From Acidobacteriota bacterium (GTDB lineage Bacteria > Acidobacteriota > Vicinamibacteria > Vicinamibacterales > 2-12-FULL-66-21), in contig JANPJN010000032.1 in NCBI GenBank assembly GCA_031425515.1, positions 1 to 50,724 on the forward strand: a stretch of DNA of 50,724 nt. The letters run 5' to 3'. Shown here in pieces: positions 9,146-17,102 of this stretch. The notes under the pieces were generated by a model, which ran no database searches, was not told where the DNA came from, and saw nothing but the letters and a program-made list of their open reading frames with translations. The stretch's first letter is position 1. Every line of letters begins with the position of its first letter. The position numbers and the translations under genes are program-made.

Positions 9146-9319
9146 AGCTCGAGCTTCCGGCTCCCAGCTTCCAGCTTCCGGCTTCCCAGGGTGATCGAGG
9201 CGCGACAGAATTACGCGCAGGTTATGGCCGCGTCACATTGGAACTGCCAGCTGGCAGTGCAGTGCCGGGTAACTGGGCGCTTGGAACTGGTAGCTGGAAG
9301 CTGGTAACTGGAAGCTGAT
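9145..9319. repeat. intergenic element: inverted arrays of 7-nt tandem repeats (CAGCTTC / GAAGCTG) flanking a ~90-nt core
   Basis: Left array 9151-9185: gagcttc cggctcc cagcttc cagcttc cggcttc. Right array about 9281-9317 in the opposite orientation: ggaactg gtagctg gaagctg gtaactg gaagctg. Palindromes lie at aagctcgagctt (9145-9156) and ctgccagctggcag (9244-9257). Confidence 0.85.
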
Positions 9320-11161
9320 TTGTCATTCCACGAAGAAGAAGTCCTCGGCAAGGCCTACGACGCGACGCTCATGCGGCGCCTCCTGGGCTATCTGCGCCCG
9401 TACAAGCCGAGGGTGGCCTTCGCGCTGGCGGCGATCATCGCCGCGTCAGTCCTGCAGCTCGCGCAGCCTTACCTGATGAAGCTCGCGATCGATCGGTATA
9501 TCGCCGCCGGCGACCTCGACGGCATCAACCGTATCGCGCTCATCTTTCTCGCCATTCTCGCGGCGTCGTTCGTGCTCGAGTACGTCCAGATGTGGACGCT
9601 GCAGCTGACCGGCCAGCGGATCATGTTCGACCTGCGGATGCAGATCTACCGCCACCTGCAGCGAATCGACCTTCAGTTCTACGACCGCAACCCGGTCGGC
9701 CGGCTGATGACGCGCGTGACGACCGACGTGGACGTGATCAACGACATGTTCACCTCCGGCGTGGTGTCGATCTTCGGCGACATCTTCACGCTGCTCGGCA
9801 TCATGATCGTGCTCGTCACGATGGACTGGCGCCTCGCGATCGTCGCGTTCTCGGTGCTGCCGCTGATCGTGCTGGTGACGCAGTGGTTCCGCCGGAACGT
9901 GCGTGAGTCCTACCGGACCGTCCGCACCTGGGTGGCGCGCATCAACGCGTTCCTTCAGGAGCACATCACGGGCATGTCCACCGTGCAGCTGTTCCGCCGC
10001 GAGGGGCGCAGCTTCGACCGGTTCGACGACGTGAACCGGCGGCACCGCGACGCGAACATCGACTCCATCCTGTTCTACGCGGTGTTCTATCCGGCCATCG
10101 AGGTCATCGGTGCGCTGGCGGCGGCGCTCATCATCTGGTTCGGGGGCCGATGGACCCTCCAGGGCACACTGACGCTCGGGTCGCTCGTGGCCTTCCTGCT
10201 CTACTCGGGACGATTCTTCCGTCCGATCAGCGACATGTCGGAGAAGTTCAACGTGCTCCAGGCCGCCATGGCCTCCTCCGAGCGCATCTTCAAGCTGCTC
10301 GACACGCCCGTGCGCATCGCCATGCCCTCGGCCCCGGGTCACGCCGAGCCAGGGGCGTCAGGCACGGGCCACATCGTCTTCGACCACGTCTGGTTCGCCT
10401 ACCACGTCCCCGCCGAGGGTGAGCCGGACTACGTCCTGCGCGACGTCTCGTTCGAGGTGAAGCCCGGCGAGCGCCTGGGCGTCGTCGGCGCCACCGGCGC
10501 GGGCAAGTCCACCCTCATCAATCTGTTGTTGCGTTTCTACGACGTGACGCGAGGGCGCATCCTGGTGGACGGCGTGGACGTGCGGGAGATGGACCTGTCG
10601 CACCTGCGAGGGTTGTTCAGCCTCGTGCTGCAGGATGTGCAGCTCTTCTCCGGCACCATCGCGGCCAACATCCGTCTCGGGAACGTCTCCATCACGGACG
10701 CCGCGGTGATCGCAGCGGCGCAGGCGGTCCACGCGGATCGATTCATCGCGCGGCTGCCCGACGGCTACGCCAGCCCCGTGGCGGAGCGCGGCGCGACGCT
10801 GTCGGTCGGCCAGAAACAACTGCTGTCGTTCGCGCGCGCGCTGGCGTTCGATCCCGCCATCCTGGTCCTGGACGAAGCCACCTCCAGCGTGGACACGGAG
10901 ACGGAAATCCTGATCCGCGACGCGCTGGCCGTCCTCATGGCGGGTCGAACGACGATCGCGATCGCGCACAGGCTGTCGACCATCCAGGACATGGACAAGA
11001 TCCTGGTGCTGCACAAAGGGCATTTGCGCGAATCGGGACGCCACCAGGACCTGCTCGCCGAGCGCGGCATCTACTACAAGCTGTACCAGCTGCAGTATCG
11101 CGATCAGGAGCGGAAGGTGGAAGAGGTCGGACAGCCGGCTCGAATGGAAGGTGGCGCGTGA
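9320..11161 (+). CDS. ABC exporter permease/ATPase half-transporter, consensus-site subunit of heterodimer
   Basis: TTG start at 9320 (SFHEEEVLGKAYD..., the conserved N-terminus of this family). Walker A GATGAGKST, Walker B LVLDEATSSVD with the canonical Glu, and a deviant signature LSVGQKQL. Confidence 0.9.
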   Translation: MSFHEEEVLGKAYDATLMRRLLGYLRPYKPRVAFALAAIIAASVLQLAQPYLMKLAIDRYIAAGDLDGINRIALIFLAILAASFVLEYVQMWTLQLTGQRIMFDLRMQIYRHLQRIDLQFYDRNPVGRLMTRVTTDVDVINDMFTSGVVSIFGDIFTLLGIMIVLVTMDWRLAIVAFSVLPLIVLVTQWFRRNVRESYRTVRTWVARINAFLQEHITGMSTVQLFRREGRSFDRFDDVNRRHRDANIDSILFYAVFYPAIEVIGALAAALIIWFGGRWTLQGTLTLGSLVAFLLYSGRFFRPISDMSEKFNVLQAAMASSERIFKLLDTPVRIAMPSAPGHAEPGASGTGHIVFDHVWFAYHVPAEGEPDYVLRDVSFEVKPGERLGVVGATGAGKSTLINLLLRFYDVTRGRILVDGVDVREMDLSHLRGLFSLVLQDVQLFSGTIAANIRLGNVSITDAAVIAAAQAVHADRFIARLPDGYASPVAERGATLSVGQKQLLSFARALAFDPAILVLDEATSSVDTETEILIRDALAVLMAGRTTIAIAHRLSTIQDMDKILVLHKGHLRESGRHQDLLAERGIYYKLYQLQYRDQERKVEEVGQPARMEGGA

Positions 11162-12311
11162 TCGACAGGATGAGTCCCCGGTGCCTGGCCGCCATCTGAT
11201 CGCAAGTGGGCTGTGCGCCCTTGCGCTGGTGCCACAGACCGCGCCACCGGCCGCGCCCGATCTCGAGGCGCTGCCGTTCGCCCCGCGACGCTACGTGGCG
11301 TATCGCACGCCCTTGCCAATTGCCGTGGATGGCCGGCTGGACGAAGCGGCGTGGGCGGCGGCGCCGTGGACCGACGCGTTCGTCGATATTCAGGGCCCCA
11401 GCCAGGCGGCCCCGCGGTTCCTCACGCGGGCGAAGATGCTGTGGGACGACGAGTATTTGCATGTCGGGGCCGAGATGGAGGAGCCGGATGTCTGGGGCAC
11501 GCTGACGGCCCGCGATTCCGTGATCTTTCACGACAACGACTTCGAGGTCTTCATCGATCCCGACGGCGACAGCCACGCGTACTACGAGCTGGAGGTGAAT
11601 GCGCTCGGCACGCTCTGGGATCTTCTGCTCATCAAGCCGTATCGCGACGGCGGCCCGGCGATCAACGGGTGGGACATCGCCGGTCTGCGCGCGGGCGTCC
11701 AGGTGCGCGGCACGCTCAACCGGCCCGGCGACCGTGATGCGGGATGGAGTGTGGAACTGGCGCTGCCCTGGCAAATCCTCAAGGAGGCGGCGCCTGGCCA
11801 CCGAGCGCCCCGGCCCGGTGAGCAATGGCGTCTCAACTTCTCCAGGGTCCAATGGAAGACAGACGTGCGGGAAGGGCGATACGTCAAGCAGCTCCGGCCC
11901 GGCACGAAGGACCCGCTGCCGGAGGACAACTGGGTATGGAGCCCGCAGGGCGCCATCAACATGCACATGCCGGAGCGGTGGGGGTCCGTGCAGTTCTCCG
12001 GGCGGAACGCGGGCAGCGGGCTGGATCCGTTCGTCGAGGATCCCAACGATCGTGTGAAGTGGGAACTGCGGAGGCTCTACTATCACCAGCGCCGCTTTCG
12101 CGAGGCGCATGGCAGCTACGCGCAGACGCTCGACGCGCTCGCCCCGCCCGCGGCGTCAGGAACCGGCGGCGTTGCTGGATTTCGCGTGAACGGCCTCGAC
12201 ATCCATCCCGTGATGCAGGCCACGCCGGCGGCGTATTCGATTGCCGCCACGGGTTTCAACGGCGTCGTCTGCCACATCGATCAGGACGGCCGCGTCTGGG
12301 TGACCCGCTAG
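11151..12311 (+). CDS. carbohydrate-binding family 9-like (CBM9/DOMON-like) secreted protein
   Basis: AAWAAAPWTDAFVDIQG...RAKMLWDDEYLHVGAEMEEPDVW...IFHDNDFEVFIDPDGDSHAYYELEVNALGTLWDLLL is the typical CBM9_2 pattern. The start is uncertain, either GTG 11151 or GTG 11181. Confidence 0.7.
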   Translation: MARDRQDESPVPGRHLIASGLCALALVPQTAPPAAPDLEALPFAPRRYVAYRTPLPIAVDGRLDEAAWAAAPWTDAFVDIQGPSQAAPRFLTRAKMLWDDEYLHVGAEMEEPDVWGTLTARDSVIFHDNDFEVFIDPDGDSHAYYELEVNALGTLWDLLLIKPYRDGGPAINGWDIAGLRAGVQVRGTLNRPGDRDAGWSVELALPWQILKEAAPGHRAPRPGEQWRLNFSRVQWKTDVREGRYVKQLRPGTKDPLPEDNWVWSPQGAINMHMPERWGSVQFSGRNAGSGLDPFVEDPNDRVKWELRRLYYHQRRFREAHGSYAQTLDALAPPAASGTGGVAGFRVNGLDIHPVMQATPAAYSIAATGFNGVVCHIDQDGRVWVTR

Positions 12312-12314
12312 ACG

Positions 12315-12851
12315 CTACGTGCCTCCCGACTCCTTGACGACGGCCGGCTCCGCCTGGCCGGCCTCCCGCTGCCTGAAGAGCCGATCCACCAGCCGGGGCG
12401 TGCTCGCGCGCGGGTTCCATCCGAGCCTCAGCACGGTGACGCCAATCGATCGCCGCCCGAGCGCCAGCGCCTCGTGGCAGCTCCACATGTAGATGTCGAT
12501 CTGGCGCCCCTGCACCGCCGGCCCCGTGTCCATGATGGTGTAGATGCCGTTGTACTTCTCGAGCCGCTCGACCTGGATCACGGAGCCGACCGGCAGCAGG
12601 TCAGGGTCGGCCGCCGCGATCCCCGTCCGCACGTTCACGCCGGACGCGGTCGTCGTGCCTTTGCAGTAGGCCGTGGCCGTGAATCGGAGCTTCGCGCCCG
12701 GAGCCGGAGCGGCGGTGGCCTCGCGCCGTTCCGCCAGCCGCGCGGCGTATCGGGAGTCCATGAAGGTGACTTCGTACAGGAAAGCAAACGCGACCGCGGC
12801 GGCGGTCGTGGCGATGAGCTTCCGGCCGGCAGACCGAGACAGGAGCAGCAT
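12315..12851 (-). CDS. 3D domain-containing cell-wall protein (MltA/RlpA-like double-psi barrel)
   Basis: An N-terminal TM anchor is followed by FTATAYCKGTTTASGVNVRTGIAAADPDLLPVGSVIQV...YNGIYTIMDTGPAVQGRQIDIYM, the typical 3D domain. Confidence 0.8.
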   Translation of the reverse strand: MLLLSRSAGRKLIATTAAAVAFAFLYEVTFMDSRYAARLAERREATAAPAPGAKLRFTATAYCKGTTTASGVNVRTGIAAADPDLLPVGSVIQVERLEKYNGIYTIMDTGPAVQGRQIDIYMWSCHEALALGRRSIGVTVLRLGWNPRASTPRLVDRLFRQREAGQAEPAVVKESGGT

Positions 12852-12862
12852 GGCCAGTAGCC

Positions 12863-12891
12863 ACTATAGACGTGCCGACGGCTCAGGTCAA
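12863..12891 (-). promoter_or_regulatory. sigma70-type promoter TTGACC-17-TATAGT for the 3D-domain gene
   Basis: Minus strand: TTGACC (12891-12886), a 17-nt spacer, then TATAGT (12868-12863). The ATG at 12851 is only 11 nt after the -10, so the leader is about 5 nt. Confidence 0.55.
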
Positions 12892-12937
12892 AGCCGGAGC
12901 GCCTCATTTTCAAGGCCCGATACAGAAGTGTAAGTCC

Positions 12938-13441
12938 TTACAGATCAGTATGTTCTGGAGTTCTCGCGCTGGCTGCCCGCCGACGGTGGCGCACGATCAT
13001 CGTCAGCGCCGCGCGATACGCCACGAGTGCCAGGGCGATGGCGCCAAGGAGGGACCCCAACGCGAACGCCCAGAGCATCGGCGCGAGACTTCGGGCGAGG
13101 AGGCGCAGCTCGCGCCAGGAGTCGTGCCGCAACAGATCCCGCAGATCGGCGAGAAGGTCAGGAGGGAGATCGGTGCGCAGGATCGCGGCCCCGAACATGG
13201 TCGAGAGCGTGTAATACGGCGGCAGAATCCACGGCAGGTTCGAGTACACGCCCAGCAGGAGGGCGACGCGGTTGAGCCCCAGGGCGAACGCGACCACGAG
13301 CGCGAGCACGGTGTGCAAGCCCAGGAACGGGGAGAAGCCGAAGAACACGCCGATGGCGTAGGCGGCCGCGGTCCGTTGCGGCGTGTCGTGCGTGTGGAGG
13401 AGCTGATCGAGCCACGGGCGGATGCGCGCCATCCCGAACAT
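12938..13441 (-). CDS. DUF2062 domain membrane protein
   Basis: TPQRTAAAYAIGVFFGFSPFLGLHTVLALVVAFALGLNRVALLLGVYSNLPWILP matches the DUF2062 pattern. Confidence 0.75.
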   Translation of the reverse strand: MFGMARIRPWLDQLLHTHDTPQRTAAAYAIGVFFGFSPFLGLHTVLALVVAFALGLNRVALLLGVYSNLPWILPPYYTLSTMFGAAILRTDLPPDLLADLRDLLRHDSWRELRLLARSLAPMLWAFALGSLLGAIALALVAYRAALTMIVRHRRRAASARTPEHTDL

Positions 13442-13445
13442 GGCG

Positions 13446-14501
13446 CTAGAAGTGCGTGAACCCGGCCGGGAGCGGATCGAGGCGTCCGTCGCGGCCGATG
13501 ACGATCGCGCGGTCGGCCGTCAGCTCGCCGATCCGGGTGAACGCGACGCCGCGCGCTTCTCTCGCCGCCGCGCGCAGCCTGCCGCGTCGCCTCCTGGGCA
13601 CGGAGAACAGCAGCTCGTAGTCGTCGCCTCCCTCGAGCGCCGCCGTGATGGGATCCTGCCCGGCGGCGCCGAACCAGGCCGTCGCGCCCGGATGCACGGG
13701 CAGCGCCGACACGTCGAGCGTGGCGCCGGTTCCGCTCGCAACGGCGATCTGGGCCACCGCGTCCGCCAGTCCGTCGCTCAGGTCCATGCAGGCGCTGGCC
13801 GCGCGGTTCCTGCCGAGCAGCGCGCCAATGCGGACGCGCGGCTCCGGGCGGCAGTGCCGCTCGACACACACGGCCAGGTCGGCATCGGCGGGGCGTTCGA
13901 CTCGCGGCCCACCCGGCTGGTGCTGCGCTCCGACATGCGCCCGCAGCCAGCCCAGGCCTGCCGCGGCGGCGCCGATCTGCCCGGTCACATACAGCGCGTC
14001 GCCTGCGCGTCCGCCTGCGCGCGTCAGGATCTTTCGCGGCCGCACGGCGCCGACCGCGGTCACGTCGATCACGAGCGGCCCGGGCGACCGGGTGATGTTT
14101 CCGCCGACCAGCGCAACGCCGCACAGACCCGCCATCTCCAGCAGTCCGTCGAAGATTGCGTCGAGGTCCGCCACAGGCAGATCGCCGGGCAGCATCAGGG
14201 AGAGCAGGGCGAAGCGCGGGGCGCCGCCCATGGCGGCGACATCGCTCACGTTGACGGCGAGCGCTTTGTAGCCGATGTCGGCAGGGGAGGAGAACCGCCG
14301 GTCGAAGTGGACGCCTTCGACGAGCGCATCGGTCGTCAGCACCTGCAGCGCGCCCCGATCCCCGGCCGCAACAGCCGCGTCGTCGCCAATGCCGACAACC
14401 AGCGCGGGAGGGGGCGCGGGCACGCGGGCGCGAATCCGCTCGATCAGCGCGCGCTCGCCGAGGTCGGCTACGCGCACACTCTGGCTACCGGGCGAACTCA
14501 A
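13446..14501 (-). CDS. thiL: thiamine-monophosphate kinase
   Basis: LGERALIERI...GIGDDAAV...VLTTDALVEGVHFDRRFSSPADIGYKALAVNVSDVAAMGG. The start overlaps the rny stop and may be an internal GTG. Confidence 0.9.
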   Translation of the reverse strand: MSSPGSQSVRVADLGERALIERIRARVPAPPPALVVGIGDDAAVAAGDRGALQVLTTDALVEGVHFDRRFSSPADIGYKALAVNVSDVAAMGGAPRFALLSLMLPGDLPVADLDAIFDGLLEMAGLCGVALVGGNITRSPGPLVIDVTAVGAVRPRKILTRAGGRAGDALYVTGQIGAAAAGLGWLRAHVGAQHQPGGPRVERPADADLAVCVERHCRPEPRVRIGALLGRNRAASACMDLSDGLADAVAQIAVASGTGATLDVSALPVHPGATAWFGAAGQDPITAALEGGDDYELLFSVPRRRRGRLRAAAREARGVAFTRIGELTADRAIVIGRDGRLDPLPAGFTHF

Positions 14502-16065
14502 CGGCCCGGGTCTCTCTGATCACCGTCACTTTGATCTGGCCGGGGTACTCGAGCTCGTTCTCGATCCGGCGCGCGATGTCCTTCGACAGCCAGACCGTCT
14601 CTTCATCCGAAATCCGCTCGCTTTCGACGACGATGCGGATTTCTCGGCCCGCCTGGAGGGCGAAGGCCTTCGAGACGCCTTCGAAGGAGTCGGCGATGCC
14701 TTCGAGCTTCTCGAGTCGTTTGACGTAGGACTCCAGGATGTCGCGCCGTGCGCCCGGCCGCGCGGCGGAGATGGCATCGGCCGCCTGGACGATCATGGCT
14801 TCGAGCGACGGCCAGTCGATATCCATGTGGTGCGCCGCGACCGCCAGCAGGACCGGCTCGCTCTCGCCGTGCTTGCGGAGGAAGTCGAGCCCGAGCTCGA
14901 GATGCGTGCCCTGGAGATCGCGGTCCATCGCCTTGCCGATGTCGTGCAGGAAGGCGGCGCGCGCCGCGACGTGGCCGTTCAGGCCGAGCTCCTTCGCCAT
15001 GATGCCGGCGAGGAAGGCGACTTCGCGGGAATGATTGAGGACGTTCTGGCCGTAGCTCGTGCGGAATTTCAGCCGGCCCATGAGGCGCAGGACTTCCGGA
15101 TGGAGATCGAAGAGTCCCAGCTCGAAGGCCGCGGCTTCGCCCTCCTTGCGGACGGTTTCCTGCATGTCGGCCTTCACCTTTTCGACGACCTCTTCGATGC
15201 GCGCCGGGTGGATGCGGCCGTCGGCGATGAGCCGCTCGATCGCCTGGCGCGCGACCTCGCGACGGAAGGGGTCGAAGCTCGAGAGGATGATCGCGCCGGG
15301 CGTATCGTCCACGATCAGTTCCACGCCGGTAGCGGTTTCGAGCGCGCGGATGTTGCGCCCTTCGCGGCCGATGATCCGCCCCTTCAGATCGTCGCTCGGC
15401 AGATCGACGACCGAGACAGTCGTTTCGATGGCGGTGTCGGCGGCGCTGCGCTGGATCGCATCGGTGATGATCTCGCGGGCGCGGCCGGCGGCGGTCTCGC
15501 GGGCCTCGGTCTCGAGGCGCTTGACGAGGTGCGCGGCATCGCGTCGCGCCTCGGCCTCCATCTGCTTCAGGAGCAGGTCCCGAGCTTCGTCGGCGCTGAG
15601 CCCGGCGACCCGCTGCAGCTCGCGCTGGCGATCGGCGGTCAGCTGCTCGCCGCGCGCGGTGGCCTCGGTGGCCCTGGCCTCGAGGGCGCCGAGGGCCTGC
15701 TCGCGCGTGCGGAGATCCTGCTCGAGCCGCTCCGTCGTGACGAGGCGGTCGGCGAGGGCGCGCGTCCTGTCGGCCAGGCCCTGCTCCAGCCCGGCGACGG
15801 CATCGCGGCGCTCGCGGACCTGGCGCTCGTTTTCAGCGGCGATCTCGTGGGCGCGCTCGCGCGCTTCGAGCGCCGCTTCCTTGCGGAGTGAATCGGCATC
15901 GCGCGCGGCCTGGCGGACCACCGCCTCGGCGTCGATGCGGGCTTTGTCGATGTCGAGTGCGAGGGCATGGCGGCGTCGGGTGGCCGTCCAGACGATCGCC
16001 ACCGCTACGAGCAGACTGACGAGGAGGATAAGTGCTGCCATCACGAGAGCCGACGGTGTACCCAT
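14485..16065 (-). CDS. rny: ribonuclease Y
   Basis: N-terminal TM helix, coiled coil, KH domain (LKGRIIGREGRNIRALETATGVELIVDDTPG) and HD domain (LHDIGKA...AAHH). Confidence 0.95.
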   Translation of the reverse strand: MGTPSALVMAALILLVSLLVAVAIVWTATRRRHALALDIDKARIDAEAVVRQAARDADSLRKEAALEARERAHEIAAENERQVRERRDAVAGLEQGLADRTRALADRLVTTERLEQDLRTREQALGALEARATEATARGEQLTADRQRELQRVAGLSADEARDLLLKQMEAEARRDAAHLVKRLETEARETAAGRAREIITDAIQRSAADTAIETTVSVVDLPSDDLKGRIIGREGRNIRALETATGVELIVDDTPGAIILSSFDPFRREVARQAIERLIADGRIHPARIEEVVEKVKADMQETVRKEGEAAAFELGLFDLHPEVLRLMGRLKFRTSYGQNVLNHSREVAFLAGIMAKELGLNGHVAARAAFLHDIGKAMDRDLQGTHLELGLDFLRKHGESEPVLLAVAAHHMDIDWPSLEAMIVQAADAISAARPGARRDILESYVKRLEKLEGIADSFEGVSKAFALQAGREIRIVVESERISDEETVWLSKDIARRIENELEYPGQIKVTVIRETRAVEFAR

Positions 16066-16109
16066 AAAAGGTTCGATCAGCTCATACGACGTGAATGGAG
16101 AGACGGAAG

Positions 16110-16301
16110 GAAAGGTCCCGCTTTGCCGTGTGGGGGGGTCGGATGAACCTGCTAGAGCAGGTGGAACCGCTGCACAAGCCGCGCTTCAGGCTTCCTCTTA
16201 CAGAGGCATGCACACCACGCAGCGTCGCGATTCACTTGGTTTTAAAACATCGGCTCAAACGAGCCCCCGAACCATCACGGGCAAAGCAGGAAGTGAAACC
16301 C
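16110..16301 (-). ncRNA. ssrS: 6S RNA
   Basis: The zapA-rny gap has no credible ORF. The minus strand reads TGAGCCGATGTTTTAAAACCAAGTGAAT...GTGTGCATGCCTCTG...AGAGGAAGCCTGAAG, which parallels the E. coli 6S central region. The flanks pair (16286-16276 with 16132-16121). The position after zapA is the same as in E. coli. The ends are approximate. Confidence 0.75.
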
Positions 16302-16308
16302 GAGGTCG

Positions 16309-16337
16309 ATCTTACTTCAGACCGGCGCTGCCGTCGA
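16309..16337 (-). promoter_or_regulatory. candidate promoter TCGACG-17-TAAGAT for 6S RNA
   Basis: Minus strand: TCGACG (16337-16332), a 17-nt spacer, then TAAGAT (16314-16309). The predicted start is about 16302. Confidence 0.4.
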
Positions 16338-16364
16338 GTGTTCCGCGCGGGTCGTCCCGCGATT

Positions 16365-16682
16365 CTAGCGCGCGACCGCCTGCGGCTGGTGCAGGCCGAG
16401 AGCGAGATCGAGCATGCGTTCGAGCTCGCCGGCGCGGTGCGCGACGCTGTCGTGCTGCCGACGCCCCTCGTCTCGCGCCCGGAAGCACTCGTCTGCGATA
16501 TTCAGGGCGGCGAGCACAGCCAGCTTGAGCGTGTCGCCCGCCGGCGTCTCGCGCGAGGCCAGGCGGATCTTCTCGTCCACGAAGGCCGCCAGGTCCGCCA
16601 CGTACGCGGGATCGAGCCCGCTGCGGATGGGATACAGCTGCCCGTGGATCTCGACGTTCACGACGCGCGACGACTGATCCAT
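16365..16682 (-). CDS. zapA: cell division protein ZapA
   Basis: VVNVEIHGQLYPIRSGLDPAYVADLAAFVDEKIR...LKLAVLAALNIADE is the typical ZapA pattern. Confidence 0.9.
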   Translation of the reverse strand: MDQSSRVVNVEIHGQLYPIRSGLDPAYVADLAAFVDEKIRLASRETPAGDTLKLAVLAALNIADECFRARDEGRRQHDSVAHRAGELERMLDLALGLHQPQAVAR

Positions 16683-16723
16683 AGTGGTTCCGGCCGAGCG
16701 GGGCCCGGCGGCGGGCCCCGGCG

Positions 16724-17002
16724 CTACAGTTTCAGGCTTTCGATCTGCGACAGCATGTCGGCCACGCGCGAGCGGATCAGATCCCGTTCCTCGCGCAGCG
16801 TCGCCACTTCGCCGCCGACCCCTTCGGCCTCGGCGAGCCGTCCCTGCATGGCGGCGACGTCGCGCGTGAGACGCGCGTTGTCCTCCGCGGCCCGGGCATG
16901 GTCGGCGCGCAGCCGGTCGATCATCGCGACCAGCATCTTCACTTTCTCCTCGAGGCGATCGATCGGCTCGAGATCCACGTCGCGTACCGCTACTTTCGCC
17001 AA
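16724..17002 (-). CDS. ZapB-like coiled-coil cell division protein
   Basis: ORF 16724..17146 trimmed to TTG 17002, which is preceded by the SD GAAGGAG with 8-nt spacing. It is a heptad-rich coiled coil (IDRLEEKVKMLVAMIDRLRADHARAAEDNARL...). The untrimmed ORF would overlap pheT. Confidence 0.55.
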   Translation of the reverse strand: MAKVAVRDVDLEPIDRLEEKVKMLVAMIDRLRADHARAAEDNARLTRDVAAMQGRLAEAEGVGGEVATLREERDLIRSRVADMLSQIESLKL

Positions 17003-17102
17003 GACGAACGCTCCTTCGATGCTCGGGTCTCCCGCGGGGCGCGGAAGCGTCGATATCCTGTCGTTGCCGACGGCGTCCGCGGGAGGCGCCGCCTTCGCGT
17101 CG

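Noticed and set aside
9145-9319. Possibility that the repeat arrays (9145-9319, 20690-20724, 42243-42318, 50516-50567) are CRISPR arrays.
   Set aside because: The periods are 7 to 10 nt with no unique spacers of 25-40 nt and no repeats of 24-40 nt, and no cas genes are present. They are micro- or minisatellite-type tandem repeats.
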